In this document: piece by piece, positions 1 through 13,779 of the stretch | How positions within the stretch are numbered: the first letter of the stretch is position 1 | Layout: every line of letters starts with the position of its first letter | Assembly (NCBI GenBank): GCA_907165135.1 | Contig: OU015567.1 | Span: 3,162,001-3,226,000 of the forward strand | From: Oikopleura dioica | Lineage: Eukaryota; Animalia; Chordata | Direction of reading: 5' to 3' | DNA length: 64,000 bases | Position numbers and translations under genes: made by a program | Notes under the pieces: generated by a model | Database searches by the model: none | What the model was told of the DNA's origin: nothing | What the model saw: the letters and a program-made list of their open reading frames with translations, nothing else

Positions 1-3000
1 TGGAATTACGCTAAAATCACAATTAATGCCGCTCAGTGGCTCTTTTTAGTAAAAAAATAAAAATAAAATATAATAACAAAAATTTTATCATGGATTGTAA
101 AAATTTATTCGTGAAGCCGCTTCGCGGCTTCGTTCGAAGAAAAGCCGCTATGCGTCTTTAAATATAAGCCCTTTCTGACCCTGACTCAGGTTTTCTACAC
201 AGATTGCAGAGCCATAGAATTAAAAGATATTGACACCATTTTTTCTCAGTATAAAGCTATTTACGAAAAGAAAATCAGCTGTGAGATCAGATTGCGCGTA
301 AATATCTAAATTATGACATTGTAACGAGTAAATCATGGTTGGCGGCTGCGCGCAAGCCTAAAATAGCCACGCGGACGTAAATCAGACGAGATTACGGGAA
401 GAGTTTTGTCATTTACGGGCGATTCGGGTGTGAGGCGAATAATTGCCAAAAATAGCAACAGAGCTTCCGGATAACAAATCCTTCAATTATTCGTTTATTT
501 GGAAAAATCAGAAGGCAAAGGACCTGAAAGGATCAATTTATTCTAATGAAAATCGGGGGATTCTGAAACAGGCTCGGAAAAAATGAAGATAAAGGAGAAA
601 AATTAACATATTTTTATGTTTTTTTTATTGTTAAATATTAAGAAGCTTTAGCAGTATCCTTATAAGATAATTCGAATAAAGAGTCGTTACAGTGACACCC
701 TTATTGCCCTTTTTAATTGATGCATTGAAAGAATAGTTGTTCAAAAAATTGCCCATCTGTTCGATCCGCTCATCCCCTTTGTTCGCAACTCCTCCACCGC
801 CGATCCGATTCTTTTTCCGGCAACTTTCGAAAAGGACACTCGAATGATTGTTTTTCGCGAAACAAAGTCCACTTCCGAATGTAAAGTACTTAGCGCTGAA
901 AAGAGTACTTTCAGACGGAAGGGTCCGAAATCCTAACGGAAGGAGGGATTTAGCGCGACAAAGTGGAAAACTACACACCACTCTTTTTTACTTTCAAAAG
1001 GGGGTAGAATTCGTTTATCAAGAATTTTAATCGTTTTATTGAAATAGAAGGGCCTGAGAAAGCAAAAACTAAATAGTACTATACGATTGTTAATTTTTTT
1101 CTTGCCAGACTTGCTGGAGTCGTTCTGGTGGTGAATTCGTCAACTCAGGCTTGATCGAGCCAATTAATTCACACTATAACGATACCTGAAGATTGGAGAG
1201 AGAAAGAGGGCTTATTGATCAAGTTTATTCCCTAACGCGAAGAAAAAGTCTCAGGACTCGGTGGCGCGGAATCCATCACCAATTGATAGGGGCGTCGGAA
1301 CGGCGCAGTTTTCAGCCATTATTTTTATTTTGTTGTTAATTAAATTACTATCAAAAATACTACTTAATCAAAATAGCCTTCTGACACCCTTAATTCCCTT
1401 AATTTTTGGAGAAAGCCGGAAAATTTCCAGAAAAATCCCGCGCGAAACAAATTTATTTCATCACAGGAATGAAGCTCTATCAATATGACCATAAGTTCAG
1501 TAACTGATAGTTCACACGAGTAAGAAATAATGCCCCGGAAACTATTTGGATAAGACCCGACAACCCGTGTCCGTCTCTTTGTCTTTTTTCACCATGCTGT
1601 CGCTCGCATTTTCCCAGCTGGAATACAATTCTTGTCCTTGAATACTCAATACTTATTTTTTGATTTTGATTGTTGCAGTTTTTGGCGTTCAATGGAAAGT
1701 CCTTTCTCAAGCTATTCAATTTCCGGAGCTTTCTACAAAATTGGACATGAATTTCGTCCCTGCTCGAAATGGAATTTAACAATAAAAAAGCACAATCCAT
1801 TTTGCTCGGATTAATAATGATAATTTTATGCGGTAAGGTAATGGTCAAAAAAAATTGATTCCCTTATTTATGAAAAAATTTCTGATGAAAAGGCCGAAAA
1901 TGATAATTGCTGCATTTTCATCCAATATTTAGAAAATCGAAGAAAAAAGCCCAATAAGAACTTTATCGATACAAGTTTGTCAATTTTCTCAGACCATAAT
2001 TACGTCTTCATGATTTATTGCCCCAGCTGAAGATTGCCTTTTTGTAATTTCCTTGAACCCGAGCTGTATATACCCCCTTTTCGGCGAATTATAGGTACAA
2101 GTAGTAAAACTTGAGATCCCAAGTCACGATATCGCCCCTCGCCCAGCGCGGTTTATCCAGGTCATTGGGCACTGATTTCATCAAGGCAAATAATTAGTGT
2201 AAATCTTAATGCCCCCTAGTTAGCCAGATCGCAAGGGCTGATATCGAAGGCATTGCTCGTGTTCGTGCATGATGCTAAATCTCCTCGAGAGGTACTCTTT
2301 CGCTGCTACTTTCGATGGCATTACCACGAAGCGGGAAATTAAGCCAATAATATTTGCGATTCTGATCGAAATTCTTGAGAATATACAATAACGCGTGAAA
2401 GAAGAGAATCAGAGGCAGATTATTCGAGCTATTCGGAGCCACACATAGACAAAAACATCGAGTTTAGTGGTTTCACTTTGAAAATATCTTGTTCGGACTT
2501 TCACAGCGGATTATTTCGGCCACCAACTCACGCTTTTGGTAATAAATCCATTTTTTTATATTATAAAAGAACTTTTGAAGGCCTATTTGAAAGCGAAAGA
2601 ATGCCTTATTTGCAGATCCATAGCCCGTTTCATCCAGAAAACGGCTTCGCCAATTTGTATGATCAGAGGCGCGCGCCGAGCTGGGGCCCACCCGCCGCCG
2701 GTGAAAGCACCTGTGTCCCCGAGTCCAGCGCGCCAAACAATAGCCCGTCACACTTCAATCGCGGAAAGTTATGTATTCTACCATTTACGAAAAATATAAT
2801 CACGCCAATCGCCACATTGTTGAGTTGGCGCAAATATAATGATGATTTTCGATTTTACCGCATGTTGTTTTACGTAGCGTCCAAAATCTGCGCAAATTTA
2901 AGGCTGCGCTTTGATCATTTTTTGGAATGAAAATCATGTGATTACCGCCCCAAAGGCTGATGACCAAATATTTGGCGCTCTACAGATATCTATTCTTAAC

Positions 3001-3564
3001 TATCTTAGAGAATGTTAAATTTTTGACTTTTTCGGAGCTCTTGACATTCAGATGAATAGACCCATATTTTTCTATATCCTATAATAATAACAAAGTTTTA
3101 CAAGAAATTTCAGCTATGTACATACATGGCCAGCCTTTCTACTGAAGCTTAAGGGTGACTAATAAACCTCAATATGATAGAATTATTAAAATATCTAAAA
3201 TATGAATATAAATCACTCAAAATTATGCTTTTTATTCGATTGTTTTTCAAGAATCTGAGAAATCAGAGAAACATGTAAAGGACTTTCTTATATAAAAAAA
3301 CTTCCATATCATAAAGTAAAACAGGTGGGAATCGAAGATGATCCGCGTGTAACCTTCTGAGTCGCTGAAGCTCCCTGCTTCGCTGCTCCCTGGCGCCGGA
3401 CAACAGCGCCGCTCGCTCTCTTCAAGAGACATTTATCAACATTGGCGATTAGCGAGCACTTATCAGTATTTCACTTTACGATTCAACAAAAACTTCTTTT
3501 TCAAAAACCAAGTCAGAGAGTACCTGAAAAATAGATACTTTCATATCGCCAAAATACAACGAAA

Positions 3565-5028
3565 ATGATCAGCCCTTTCGGAGCTTTTCCCTTCCCAGCT
3601 GCTCATCGAACTTTTCTCGGCACTCCTTCTGGTCCCTTCACCGGCTTTCCTAGGACTTCTCAGGCGTTACCCGGCATTGGCGGTCTTCAGAGACAAGAAA
3701 CAAGAATCATCGATGAAGATATCAAAGCCGAACTCGATGAGAAGCATCTTTGGGAAGACTTTCACAAGATTGGAACTGAAATGGTCATCACCAAAAACGG
3801 ACGGTAAGTCAAAAAATCAAGCTAAGAAACCATTTTCTACAAAAAAAATATATTTTGAGAACGGTTTATAACAAAAAACTCCTTCGAAATTCTAATTTTT
3901 CCCTTTTAGACGAATGTTTCCAAGCTTCAAAGCAAAAGTAAGCGGCCTCGACCCCCGTGCCAACTATGTCATGATGGTGGACATCGTTCCAGTCGACGAA
4001 AACCGATACAAATTTCACAACGGGCGATGGCTAGTCGCTGGAAAAGCCGACCCGGAAATGCACCCACGAATGTTCATCCATCCGGATTCGCCCTGCTCAG
4101 GATCGCACTGGATGTCCCGGCCAAATATTTCATTTCACAAGATGAAACTTACCAACAATATTTCTGATCGAACTGGCTCGGTAAGTGAACCATAATGGAA
4201 ACATATCATTTGAAAATTATTCACCAAAAAACAATTTTCTAAAATTTTTTTCAGACAATTCTCAACTCGATGCACAAATACCAGCCCCGATTCCACATTG
4301 CCAGATGCGATGATCTCTCCAAGCTCTCCTTCTGTTCGTCTTTCTCCAAAACCTTTACCTTCCCCGAGATGAGCTTCATCGCCGTCACTGCTTACCAAAA
4401 CGAGCGCATCACTCAGCTCAAGATCGATCACAACCCGTTCGCGAAAGGCTTTCGCGATAACGGTCACGCCCGCAAGGACAAGAAACGCTCGGCCTCGATC
4501 AAATGCGCTCAAGAAAATGCGAAGAAAATCAAGCTTGACAGCAGCTGCTCCTCGACGAATGAAGAGGAGATCGACGAAATCGTTGTCGACGTTGAAAATA
4601 TTGAGGACTCCGCCATCTCGCCCTTCAGCGAGGAAAACAAGCAAGAAGAAAATCTCGTGAAGCACAATACTAGCTCCTCTTCCAGCAGCGGTTCTTCCAG
4701 TACCCAAGATCAATCAGAAGCTTCAAATCCCGCAATTGGTGAAATCAAGGAAGAGAACTCCTCCAACGCTGGTGATTCTTCCCCATCGAATTCTTCCGAA
4801 GAAAACTCCATCGAAACCTCCCGCAGTCTCCCGGTCGAAAGCCTGAACAGCTCTCCAGTCGAGGACAAGCCGTATTTCCCCCTCTTCCTCGGCGCCAACC
4901 CTCTAGCATCAGCATACGCCCGACAAATCCTCCAATCCGTCCCAATCGTGCCCTTCACTCCAATCGTCAATCCACTCGCGGAAAAATTATACCTGGAAGC
5001 AATCCGAGCAAAATTGCCCAACTTCTGA
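3565..5028 (+). CDS. Tbx2/3: T-box transcription factor, Tbx2/3 subfamily; 3 exons (3565-3803, 3910-4180, 4255-5028)
   Basis: Spliced frames give [23 protein letters not shown]...[17 protein letters not shown]...HPDSP...KLTNNISD...[14 protein letters not shown]...[28 protein letters not shown]. Introns 3804-3909 and 4181-4254 are GT-AG. The ADPEM and KLTNNISD signatures fit Tbx2/3. Confidence 0.93.
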
Positions 5029-6223
5029 GTCCCAATAATCTCAAGAGTCGAAAACTGTAACCACTCCCTGGCGCGAAACTTTGAGCGATTACTTCCGGAG
5101 CGGGCCGACACCTCGACGCCGCCACTCTGTCCCATCTTACAAAATTGAAATTTACGCCTTTTTATAGTAACTCGAGCCACCTGCCATCCATTTCTCTCCA
5201 TTTATTCTTGATCCACAAACCGATGAATGATGTAAATTTTATATCATTCTTGTATGAATCTGTAAATAGTATTTCTTTCGTTTTCATCAAAAAAACACTT
5301 CAAAAAACTGTAAAAAATATGCTTCCATCGAAATTCAAAATAAAATATTTTCATTTAAAAATTTCTTTATTGATTGGTTATTTGCACAAATTTGATAAAA
5401 TCTCCTTTCACCTTCAAAATAGAGCTCAAATAATAGAGCGCTCCGATCATGTCAGGATCCTACCAAACAAATCAGAATATCAGCTTTTGTTGAAGGCAAA
5501 ATACCTGAAGAAGATACCTGTCAACTCTGTGACAAAATCGCATGAAGCTGTCAGTAAGTTTTTCATCCAAATATGGCGGCTTGATGGCTTTAAGTACCTT
5601 CAGTTCTTGTTTGAAAATTTCTTCTTTTTCTTCATTAGAGAATCGCTTTAGGAACTTTGAGAACCAGGTCTCCAGTGGGTTTATTTCTTGGCCTTTTGTT
5701 TTAGTCACTCTTCTAGCGGTCATCCTCATCATCTGAATTGTAAATTTATACAGTATAAATACAGAGGCTTCAAGTCTCAGAACCTGAAATTGACGATCTT
5801 TATGAAATTTTCTATGCAGTTGATGCGTCATTTTCTCAAGCGCTCTCATTCTTTCAGCTCTACTTTGCTTCATTTGTCGAAGGATAAGGCCTTGATCTCG
5901 AGAGTCCATTTGCAGACCTTTGATTTGTTTTTTGGTAAATCTTTCAAGAAGCAGTTGGTGGTCTTTTTCTGTGATGTTTCTCGAGAAACCTTGATTAAGG
6001 AGATCATCATAAGGTTCATGATAAATTGGAGGATAGACTATCCTGGAAAATTGATATTTTCAATTAATGATTCTCCTCCTTGATCGCGGTTGAGGAAAGA
6101 GAGCCATCTCCATGAAGCTTCTGAAGAGTGCGGAAAATGTTTTTCAAATCGTTGCTGTAGGAAAATCGGCTAAAAAACCATTGGTAAGTTGAGTGTTTAT
6201 ATTCGTCATGAAATCTTTCCGAG

Positions 6224-6260
6224 TTAGGGGTTAGGGGTTAGGGGTTAGGTGTTAGGGGTT
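6224..6260 (+). repeat. Short telomere-like heptamer array (TTAGGGG)x5 with one TTAGGTG variant
   Basis: Read directly: TTAGGGG TTAGGGG TTAGGGG TTAGGTG TTAGGGG TT. Confidence 0.9.
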
Positions 6261-7458
6261 GTCTTAAAATGAATTAAAAACCTACTTCTTCTTGTTCGAC
6301 TCCCGAGCAAATGGATCCAAAAGACCAAGCTAGGTACACTTATCAAAGATCAATCAACAATCTTCGATATTCCAAGGTCAGACAACAGACAAAATCTCAA
6401 GTGCACTCAATAAAAAAATATTGGTAACCACTGGAGACAATATAAATCTGTAAAATGACTTTATCACTCTCGCTGCGGGGACGATTATGATGACCTTTTT
6501 CCTAATTGCTTCCTGATAGACTCGACCGGGAAAGAAGATTTTGGTGATTTTTCCAGAAGCTGGACAGAGGTGGAAAAGTCGTCGAAGATTTTTTCTTTTG
6601 TTCTTTGGCGAAAAAGACTTTTTTGCTTTTCGACTTTTTTGTGTAAATCTTGAAACTTTCGTTATTTCTCGTGAGTTATGACTTCCATATCTGACCTGGT
6701 AAGAAACCGAAATCTTTTCTTTTCAATTTTGCATCTAGTCTTCGTTTTCGCAATTCTTCTAGTTCTCTGAAGACAAACAATTTAGTGGTTATAAAGAAAA
6801 GACTCACTGGTAAAGAAGTTTTCGTGTATCCGAATGTGAAAATGTCATTTGAAATTCTCTCTGAGGAGAAATTTTTTAATTTGAAACTAGGGGAAAGTGA
6901 TGTGACCCGGAAGTGCGGTTAAGAATTCCCTCAAACACTTCAATTCCAAGAGCGCCCCTGTTTTTTTCTATCAGCAAATTTATTCTCAATTTTTGCACAG
7001 GAAACGGGTTAAACAGGCGCTTCAAAAGTCTTCATGCTTTTCTCGAACTCTTCCACTGCTTGTTCGAAGGTTTTGGCATTCACTCGAATTTTCTTCAAGA
7101 ATTTTTAAGGTTTCAATTTATTTCTTGAGTTCTTACCTTGATGGCTTCGGTTACTCGAATGTTTGTCAGGGTGTTTCTTCGTACGATTTGCCGGCTCTTG
7201 GATTTCTCTATTTTCGGTTTTGGGGCGACTTTTGGTCTCTCCATTTTCAGTTTTGCAAACAAGAAAATGAGGAGGGAAGTAAAATGCGGCTAATCATCAA
7301 CTGCATTATTCAGTGGGAAAGTCATAAACTTGACTAGGCAGATAAGCAACTGCGTATGGCAGTCGAAGAAGGCAATTTTAAATTGCAAATTGCTCTTGTT
7401 TAAATTAAAAAAGACTGTTTATCATTTCATTTTTATTTTTGTTGAAAAACAGGTAAAA

Positions 7459-9050
7459 TTAAGGAAATCCAATACCAGAGTCATGTGGTGCTCCGACGTA
7501 GACGCCATCGAGTGGTCCTGCGCTGTCGACCTGGTCCATGAATTGCCCAATCATGTTTCCTCCTGGTTCGTATCGGGCGACGATATATGTGCCTTCAGAA
7601 TTGACGGCCTTAGCGACGCAGACGCTAGTCGTGGCCTTGAAAAATAAGTGAAAATAATTTCTGATTGAATCAAATTAGTTCGAGCTTACCTTCCAGACAT
7701 TCTGCGTGAAATGACCACAATCAGCGAAAGAATCCGGGTTAGGCCCGAAATCACATGATGGGCAGGACAGAGGGCTCATGGTGCATTCCTTGCTAATATG
7801 TAAAATTGTTTATGCCGAGAATCAAACCTGGTGATCATCAAAATTCCAGTAAGCATCCTCGGCTTGCCAGAGAGTAGTCGCATCGGAAAGCGTAAACCCG
7901 GAAGTAGCAGATGACCACGCCATGTTTTCTCCAACACCAGGTCGCTCAGAGTTCTCCGAATGTTCCATTCCAGTGTGGCCTTGAGAATTAGCCTCAGCCT
8001 CACCATCAGCCCAATCTTGGGCACCTTGGCATAGAGCAGCGGAGGGAATTCCGAATGGTGGAGCGTTATGATTCGCTCTGTAGGTGTTGTGGAGGATGAT
8101 TGCATCGCAGGCTGAAATTGGTCAAAAAAATTCTTACTTATTTCTATTACCTTCTTCTGGGTCCGCATGACCATCACTTGTAAGTTGTGAAATGCATGCT
8201 TCTCTAGAAAATCCACCGGCTCCGGTAGTAGTGGCCGCTGGAGCAGTTGTGCTGGCTGGCGGAGCAGCAGTCGTAGATGCTGGTGGAGCAGCTGTAGTCG
8301 ACGCTGGTGGAGCGCCGGTGGTGGAAGCTGGTGGAGCACCGGTGGTGGAAGCTGGTGGAGCTGCCGTGGTCGAAGCCGCAGCTCCAGTAGTTGTTGGTGC
8401 AGCTGGTGTAGTAGCAGTTCCTTCAATGCAAGTAATTGCATCAATATCAGCCTGAGTAGCCGCCATCACTGTGGAAAACTTTCGTCCCCACCAGCCGCAG
8501 ACTCGTGGATTTGTTCCTCGAGGGCACTTGCAGACAGTCGAGAAGATTTTTGGTTGAACTGATGCGCCCGGGATGTTCATATTCTCCCCTGCTGGGCAGG
8601 TGTATTTGCACTTCTTTTTGCCAGTAACTGAAAAAGAGCAGGTCTGGACGAGATGAGCAGGAGCGGTTAGATCCGGGCAAGTCTCGCAAGTTCCCAATTG
8701 TTTCTTCCAGAAGAACTGATTGGTCGTGTTCCATCTGCACTTTGTTCGTCGCTTGCCGACCCCAATGAATCCCTGTGCACAGACAAGCGCACAAGTAGAC
8801 TGGTCACAGACAATCTCAGAATTAGCAGGAGCAGTCAGTGGAGAGCAAAGAGAGTGAAGAGCGGCGATTCTACCAACTGGAGCACCCCAACCACCTGATC
8901 GCTGTTGCATCTTTTCCAAAGCATCGAAGTATTTCGGCTGCTCCCATGCTTGGGCAGCGGTTGTTGCGATAGCAAAAAGCTAAAAATAAATATTTCTCTC
9001 TTCCGAGCTACATTTATCTAAGATTTATCTAGTTCACGACTTACTTTCAT
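7459..9050 (-). CDS. Secreted CAP/SCP (PR-1/CRISP-like) protein, copy 1: signal peptide, Cys-rich sushi-like modules, Ala/Pro/Thr linker, CAP domain
   Basis: Micro first exon ATG AAA|gtaag, then LFAIATTAAQAWEQP. CAP motifs: ILHNTYRANH, GENMAW, CGHFTQNVWK, YIVARYEPGGN. Stop TAA at 7459-7461. Confidence 0.88.
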
Positions 9051-9304
9051 TACGATTATCTCGAATAATGCGGAATTAGATTCAATGATTTAGAAACGAC
9101 GAAATTCGCTGGTGAATTTGATCTTTTAGACATGTTTAATATGCGTTCAAAATAGCTTGCGTCACGAATTTTTGAAATTTATGCAATCTATTGCGATGAA
9201 CTTTGTTGAATTCATTTTCTTTTAGTATTTTTATTGTACAAGAAATAGATCAATGTTCTACAGGAGATCATCTTCTTTTAATCTTGATGAATACGATTTT
9301 ATCA

Positions 9305-11553
9305 TCAAGGAAAACCAGCATTGTGCGGGGTTCCAACAAACACGCCATTGAGTGGGCCTTGACCATCGACCTGCTCCATAAATTCTCCCGCAAAATTGCC
9401 CGTTGGTTCATACCAGCCAACGATGACGGTTCCGTGCGCATTTGTAGCTTTTGCAGGACAAAAAGTCGTGGTGGCCTTAAATAAGATTTTCAATTAAACG
9501 TTAAGTCCTCTTTTCTCGTACCTTCCACACATTTTGAGTAAAATGACCGCAATCAAGGAATGAACCAGGATTCTTCCCAAAAACACAAGCGGGACATTGA
9601 ATCGGATCTCCGTTACAGTCCTTAATAATGCCTTTGTTATAGGTCTTTCAGTGAAGTTAAATTCACCGCGTGGTCGTCAAAATTCCAATAGGCATCTTCC
9701 GATTGCCAAGCGGTTGTTCCAGCAGAAAGAGTATAATCAGAAGTACTCTGCCATGCGAGGTTCTCTCCTATACCCGGTCGTACTGTATTAGCTGAATGAG
9801 CCATTCCATCTCCGGCAGCATTAAAAATACTTTGAGCCTGTGAGTCGGCATAATTTTGAGCTCCTTGACAGAGCGAGGCAGATGGAATTCCCAGTGCAGG
9901 AGCATTGTGATTCGCACGGTAGGAGTTGAGGAGTATGATAGCATCACAAGCTATATAAAATCAACATAAATATATTTCGAGTTTTCACCTTCTTCTGGGA
10001 CAGCATGATTATCAGCAGTCAGCTGAGTAATGCACTGGGCTCTCGTAAAAGTACTCGGAGCGTTCGTTGTACCAGCTCCGGCATTCGTCGTCGCTGTTGT
10101 TGGAGCAGCAGTCGAGGTTGATCCGCCGATGGTATTTCCGTTGAGTGGACCTTCTACGTTTTCCAAGAATTCACCAAACATATTTCCTGCTGGCTCGTAG
10201 CGAGCAACGATGTAAGTTCCATGTGGTCGGATGGCTTTTGCAACACACACCGTCGTTGTTGACTTAGAAAAAGGTCAAAGAGGATTAATTAATAGTGACC
10301 ATACTTTCCAAATGTTTTGCGTGAAGTGACCACAATCGGAAAATGAGCCAGGGTTTTCCCCGCCGCTGCAAGATGGACAGGGTGTTGGACTATCAGTGCA
10401 CTCCTATGATTGGCTTTATAAAATTGAAATTATTCAAGATAAACCTGGTGATTATTGAAGTCCCAGAAAACATCTTCCTTCTGCCAACTTTCGGTCGCTT
10501 CAGACATTGAGTATTCAAAGCCACCACTTGGAAGCCAAGCCAAGTTTTCTCCCACATTTTGGAGGTTTGTGGCATGATTCATTCCATCTTGTCCATTTGT
10601 GATTGCGTCCGCTTGTGCATCAGCCCAATCCTGAGCTCCTTGGCAGAGGGTGGCGGATGGGATCGTAAAGGAAGGAGCATTGTGATTTGCTCTGTATGTG
10701 TTGTGCAAAATAATTGCATCGCAAGCTGAAATTTCATAATTACTTTTTAATGACATTTCTATTACATTCTTCAGGAAGAGAATGTCCAAAACTTGTCAGC
10801 ATGGAGATACATTCTGCTCTGTCAAAAGAACTTGTCGAGGTTGATGCCGTTGGAGCCAACGTTGTCGGTGTTGTTGGACCAGCAGTGCTGCTTGGTGGAG
10901 CTTGAGTCGTGCCACTTCCTTCAATGCAAGTAATTGCATTAATATCAGCCTGAGTAGCCGCCATTACTGTAGAAAACTTTCGTCCCCACCAGCCGCATAC
11001 TCGTGGATTTGTTCCTCGAGGGCACTTGCAGACAGTCGAAAAGATCTTTGGTTGAACTGATGCGCCCGGGATGTTCATATTCTCTCCGGCAGGGCAGGTG
11101 TACTTGCACTTCTTTTTGCCAGTGACGGAGAAGGAGCATTCTTGTGTGAGATGAGCTGGTGCAATGAGATCAGCGCAGGTCTCGCATGTTCCCAATTGTC
11201 TCTTCCAGAAAAACTGATTCGTCGAGTTCCATCTACATTTTGTTCTACGTTTACCGACTCCAATGAATCCTTGTGCACAGACGAGCGCACAAGTAGATTG
11301 ATCACAGACAATCTCGGCGTTCGCAGGAGCGGTCAAAGGAGAGCAGAGAGAGTGGAGAGCGGCGATTCTGCCAACTGGGGCACCCCATCCTCCTGATCGT
11401 TGCTGCATCTTTTCCAAAGCATCGAAGTATTTTGGCTGCTCCCATGCTTGAGCAGCAGTGGTAACAAACGCAAATAACTTAAATTTGTTATTATGGAAAT
11501 CAATAGGGAAAATATCTCATTTTGTTATCGAAGATAACTTATCTTACTTTCAT
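9305..11553 (-). CDS. Secreted CAP/SCP protein, copy 2, with two tandem CAP domains
   Basis: Same N-terminal module. The first CAP domain (HNTYR, GENLAW, GHFTQNIWK, YEPAGN) reads in frame through a Thr-rich linker (ORF 9951-10250) into a second CAP domain (GENLAW, GHFTQNVWK, YEPTGN) ending at 9305. Confidence 0.82.
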
Positions 11554-11845
11554 CGCGACTCTCTCGAATGATAATTATTATGCCAGATTCAAATCCGATA
11601 GAACGCATGATTCAGATCGCAACTGAATAAGACCTTATAGAGTCAGGATGTGGTCACGAATAACTGCATGCTTTACAAGTTTCGATTGTTTCGGCTTATC
11701 AATATATTAAATTTTCAGTTATTTATCGTTTTCGTCCTTGATTTTCTTATCTTGGTCACCTTTTTATTGCAGGAGAAGTCATTATTCAAAACAATAGCAG
11801 GATACTAAACAACAGGGAATCAAGGACTATGTAAAACAGGTAAAA

Positions 11846-13401
11846 TTAAGGAAATCCAATTCCAGACTGATGTGGTTCTCCTACATAGACGCCATCGAGT
11901 GGTCCTGCGCTGTCAACTTGCGCCACAAATTGTCCCATTATGTTTCCTCCTGGCTCATATCGGGCAACGATGTAGGTACCTTCAGAATTAACGGCCTTAG
12001 CGACACAGACACTTGTAGTCGCCTAATAGTTATGTTATCAGAAGCAAGTTTGAGTCGTCTCTTACCTTCCAGACATTCTGAGTGAAGTGACCACAATCAC
12101 CAAATGAGTTAGGGTTCGGCCCAAAGTCACATGATGGGCAGGACAGAGGACTCATGGTGCATTCCTTGCTTATTTGTTAAATTGTTTATGCTGAGGATCA
12201 AACCTGGTGATCATCGAAATTCCAGTAAGCATCCTCGGCTTGCCAAAGAGTAGTGGCAGCCGAAAGGGTAAAACCAGAAGTGGCAGACGACCAGGCCATA
12301 TTTTCCCCTTCGCCTGGTCGGTCAGAGATAGCCGAATGCGTCATTCCAGTATGCCCTCCTGCATTAGCGGCTGCTTCGCTATCGGCCCAAGCCTGAGCTC
12401 CTTGGCAAAGTGCGGCCGAGGGAATTCCGAAAGGAGCAGCGTTGTGGTTGGCTCGGTAGGTGTTGTGGAGGATGATAGCATCACAAGCTAGCAAAATATT
12501 ATTTTGAGAAGAGAATGAATTTTTACCTTCTGCTGGGTCAGCATGTCCATCACTTGTAAGCTGGGAAATACAAGCATCTCTTGAAAATCCGCCGGCTCCA
12601 GTTGTAGTGGCTGCCGGCGCGGTTGTACTTGCTGGCGGAGCAGCCGTTGTTGATGCTGGTGGAGCAGCTGTAGTCGATGCTGGGGGAGCAGCGGTAGTGG
12701 ACGCTGGCGGAGCAGCAGTTGTGGAAGCAGCAGCAGCGGTGGTTGTCGTTGTTGGAGCAGGAGTGGTAGCGGTTCCTTCGATGCAAGTGATAGCATCAAT
12801 ATCAGCCTGAGTTGCGGCCATGGTTGTTGAGAACTTTCGTCCCCACCAGCCGCAAACTCGTGGATTTGTTCCTCGAGGACACTTACAGACGGTTAAGAAA
12901 ACCTTTGGCTGAATTGGTGAGCCAGGGAGGGTCATGTTCTCTCCAGCTGGACAAGTGTACTTGCACTTCTTCTTTCCAGTGCCGGAGAAAGAACAGGTCT
13001 GCACGAGATGAGAAGGAGCGGTGAGATCAGCACAGGTCTCACAAGTTCCCAATTGTCTCTTCCAGAAGAACTGATTCGTAGTGTTCCATCGGCACTTTGT
13101 CCGTCGCTTGCCGACTCCGATGTAACCCTGGTCGCAAACAAGCGCACAGGTTGACTGGTCACACGCGATCTGGGCGTTTGCTGGAGGGGTCAAAGGTGAG
13201 CAAAGGGAGTGGAGAGCGGCGATTTTGTTGACTGGTGCTCCCCAACCTCCTGATCGTTGCTGCATCTTTGCCAGAGCATCGAAGTATTTCGGCTGCTCCC
13301 ATGCTTGTGCAGCGGTAGTGGCGATCGCGAAGAGCTGAAAATAGTTAAGGTCCTGATGTTTACTTCCTTTTTTGAGGAGAATTATAAAAACTTACTTTCA
13401 T
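11846..13401 (-). CDS. Secreted CAP/SCP protein, copy 3
   Basis: ORF 12198-13265 plus downstream exons with GHFTQNVWK and YDARGN-type ends; ATG AAA|gtaag micro-exon at 13401. Confidence 0.88.
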
Positions 13402-13779
13402 TTTGATTATCTCAAATAATGGAAGGTCGGAATCGATTACTTGGCATAAAAAATTTCTCTGCCGAATTTAACCTTTTAGAAATGAATAAAACAAATTCAA
13501 TACAACTCAAGACGTAGCATGGTGCCTCGCCCATTTTTATGGAGTTTCTTTCGTCGGAAAATTCGGTATAATTAATCATACCTCACAGTACACTGTAATC
13601 GTCTTATCCTGAGTTTCAATCAACGTGCGTCTTCCGCGGAGCGTGGGAAAAAGTCCTCCGCTCATCTAAATCCTCGATTTTTTATCGCGGAAAGCGAAGA
13701 ATAATTTTCTAGACTAAAAAATTCTTTCTTCCGAAATGTTGCTCGTTCATTCATTTTTACTGTAATAAAAATAGAGAAT

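Noticed and set aside
1-3564. Short ORFs and candidate TF sites upstream of Tbx2/3
   Set aside because: No recognisable protein motifs. The region is probably regulatory, but short motifs (TAAT, GTGGGAA) are expected by chance and cannot be supported without conservation data.
5145-7340. Scattered ORFs between Tbx2/3 and the CAP array
   Set aside because: There may be a minus-strand gene or pseudogene, but I could not assemble a coherent exon chain or recognise a domain.
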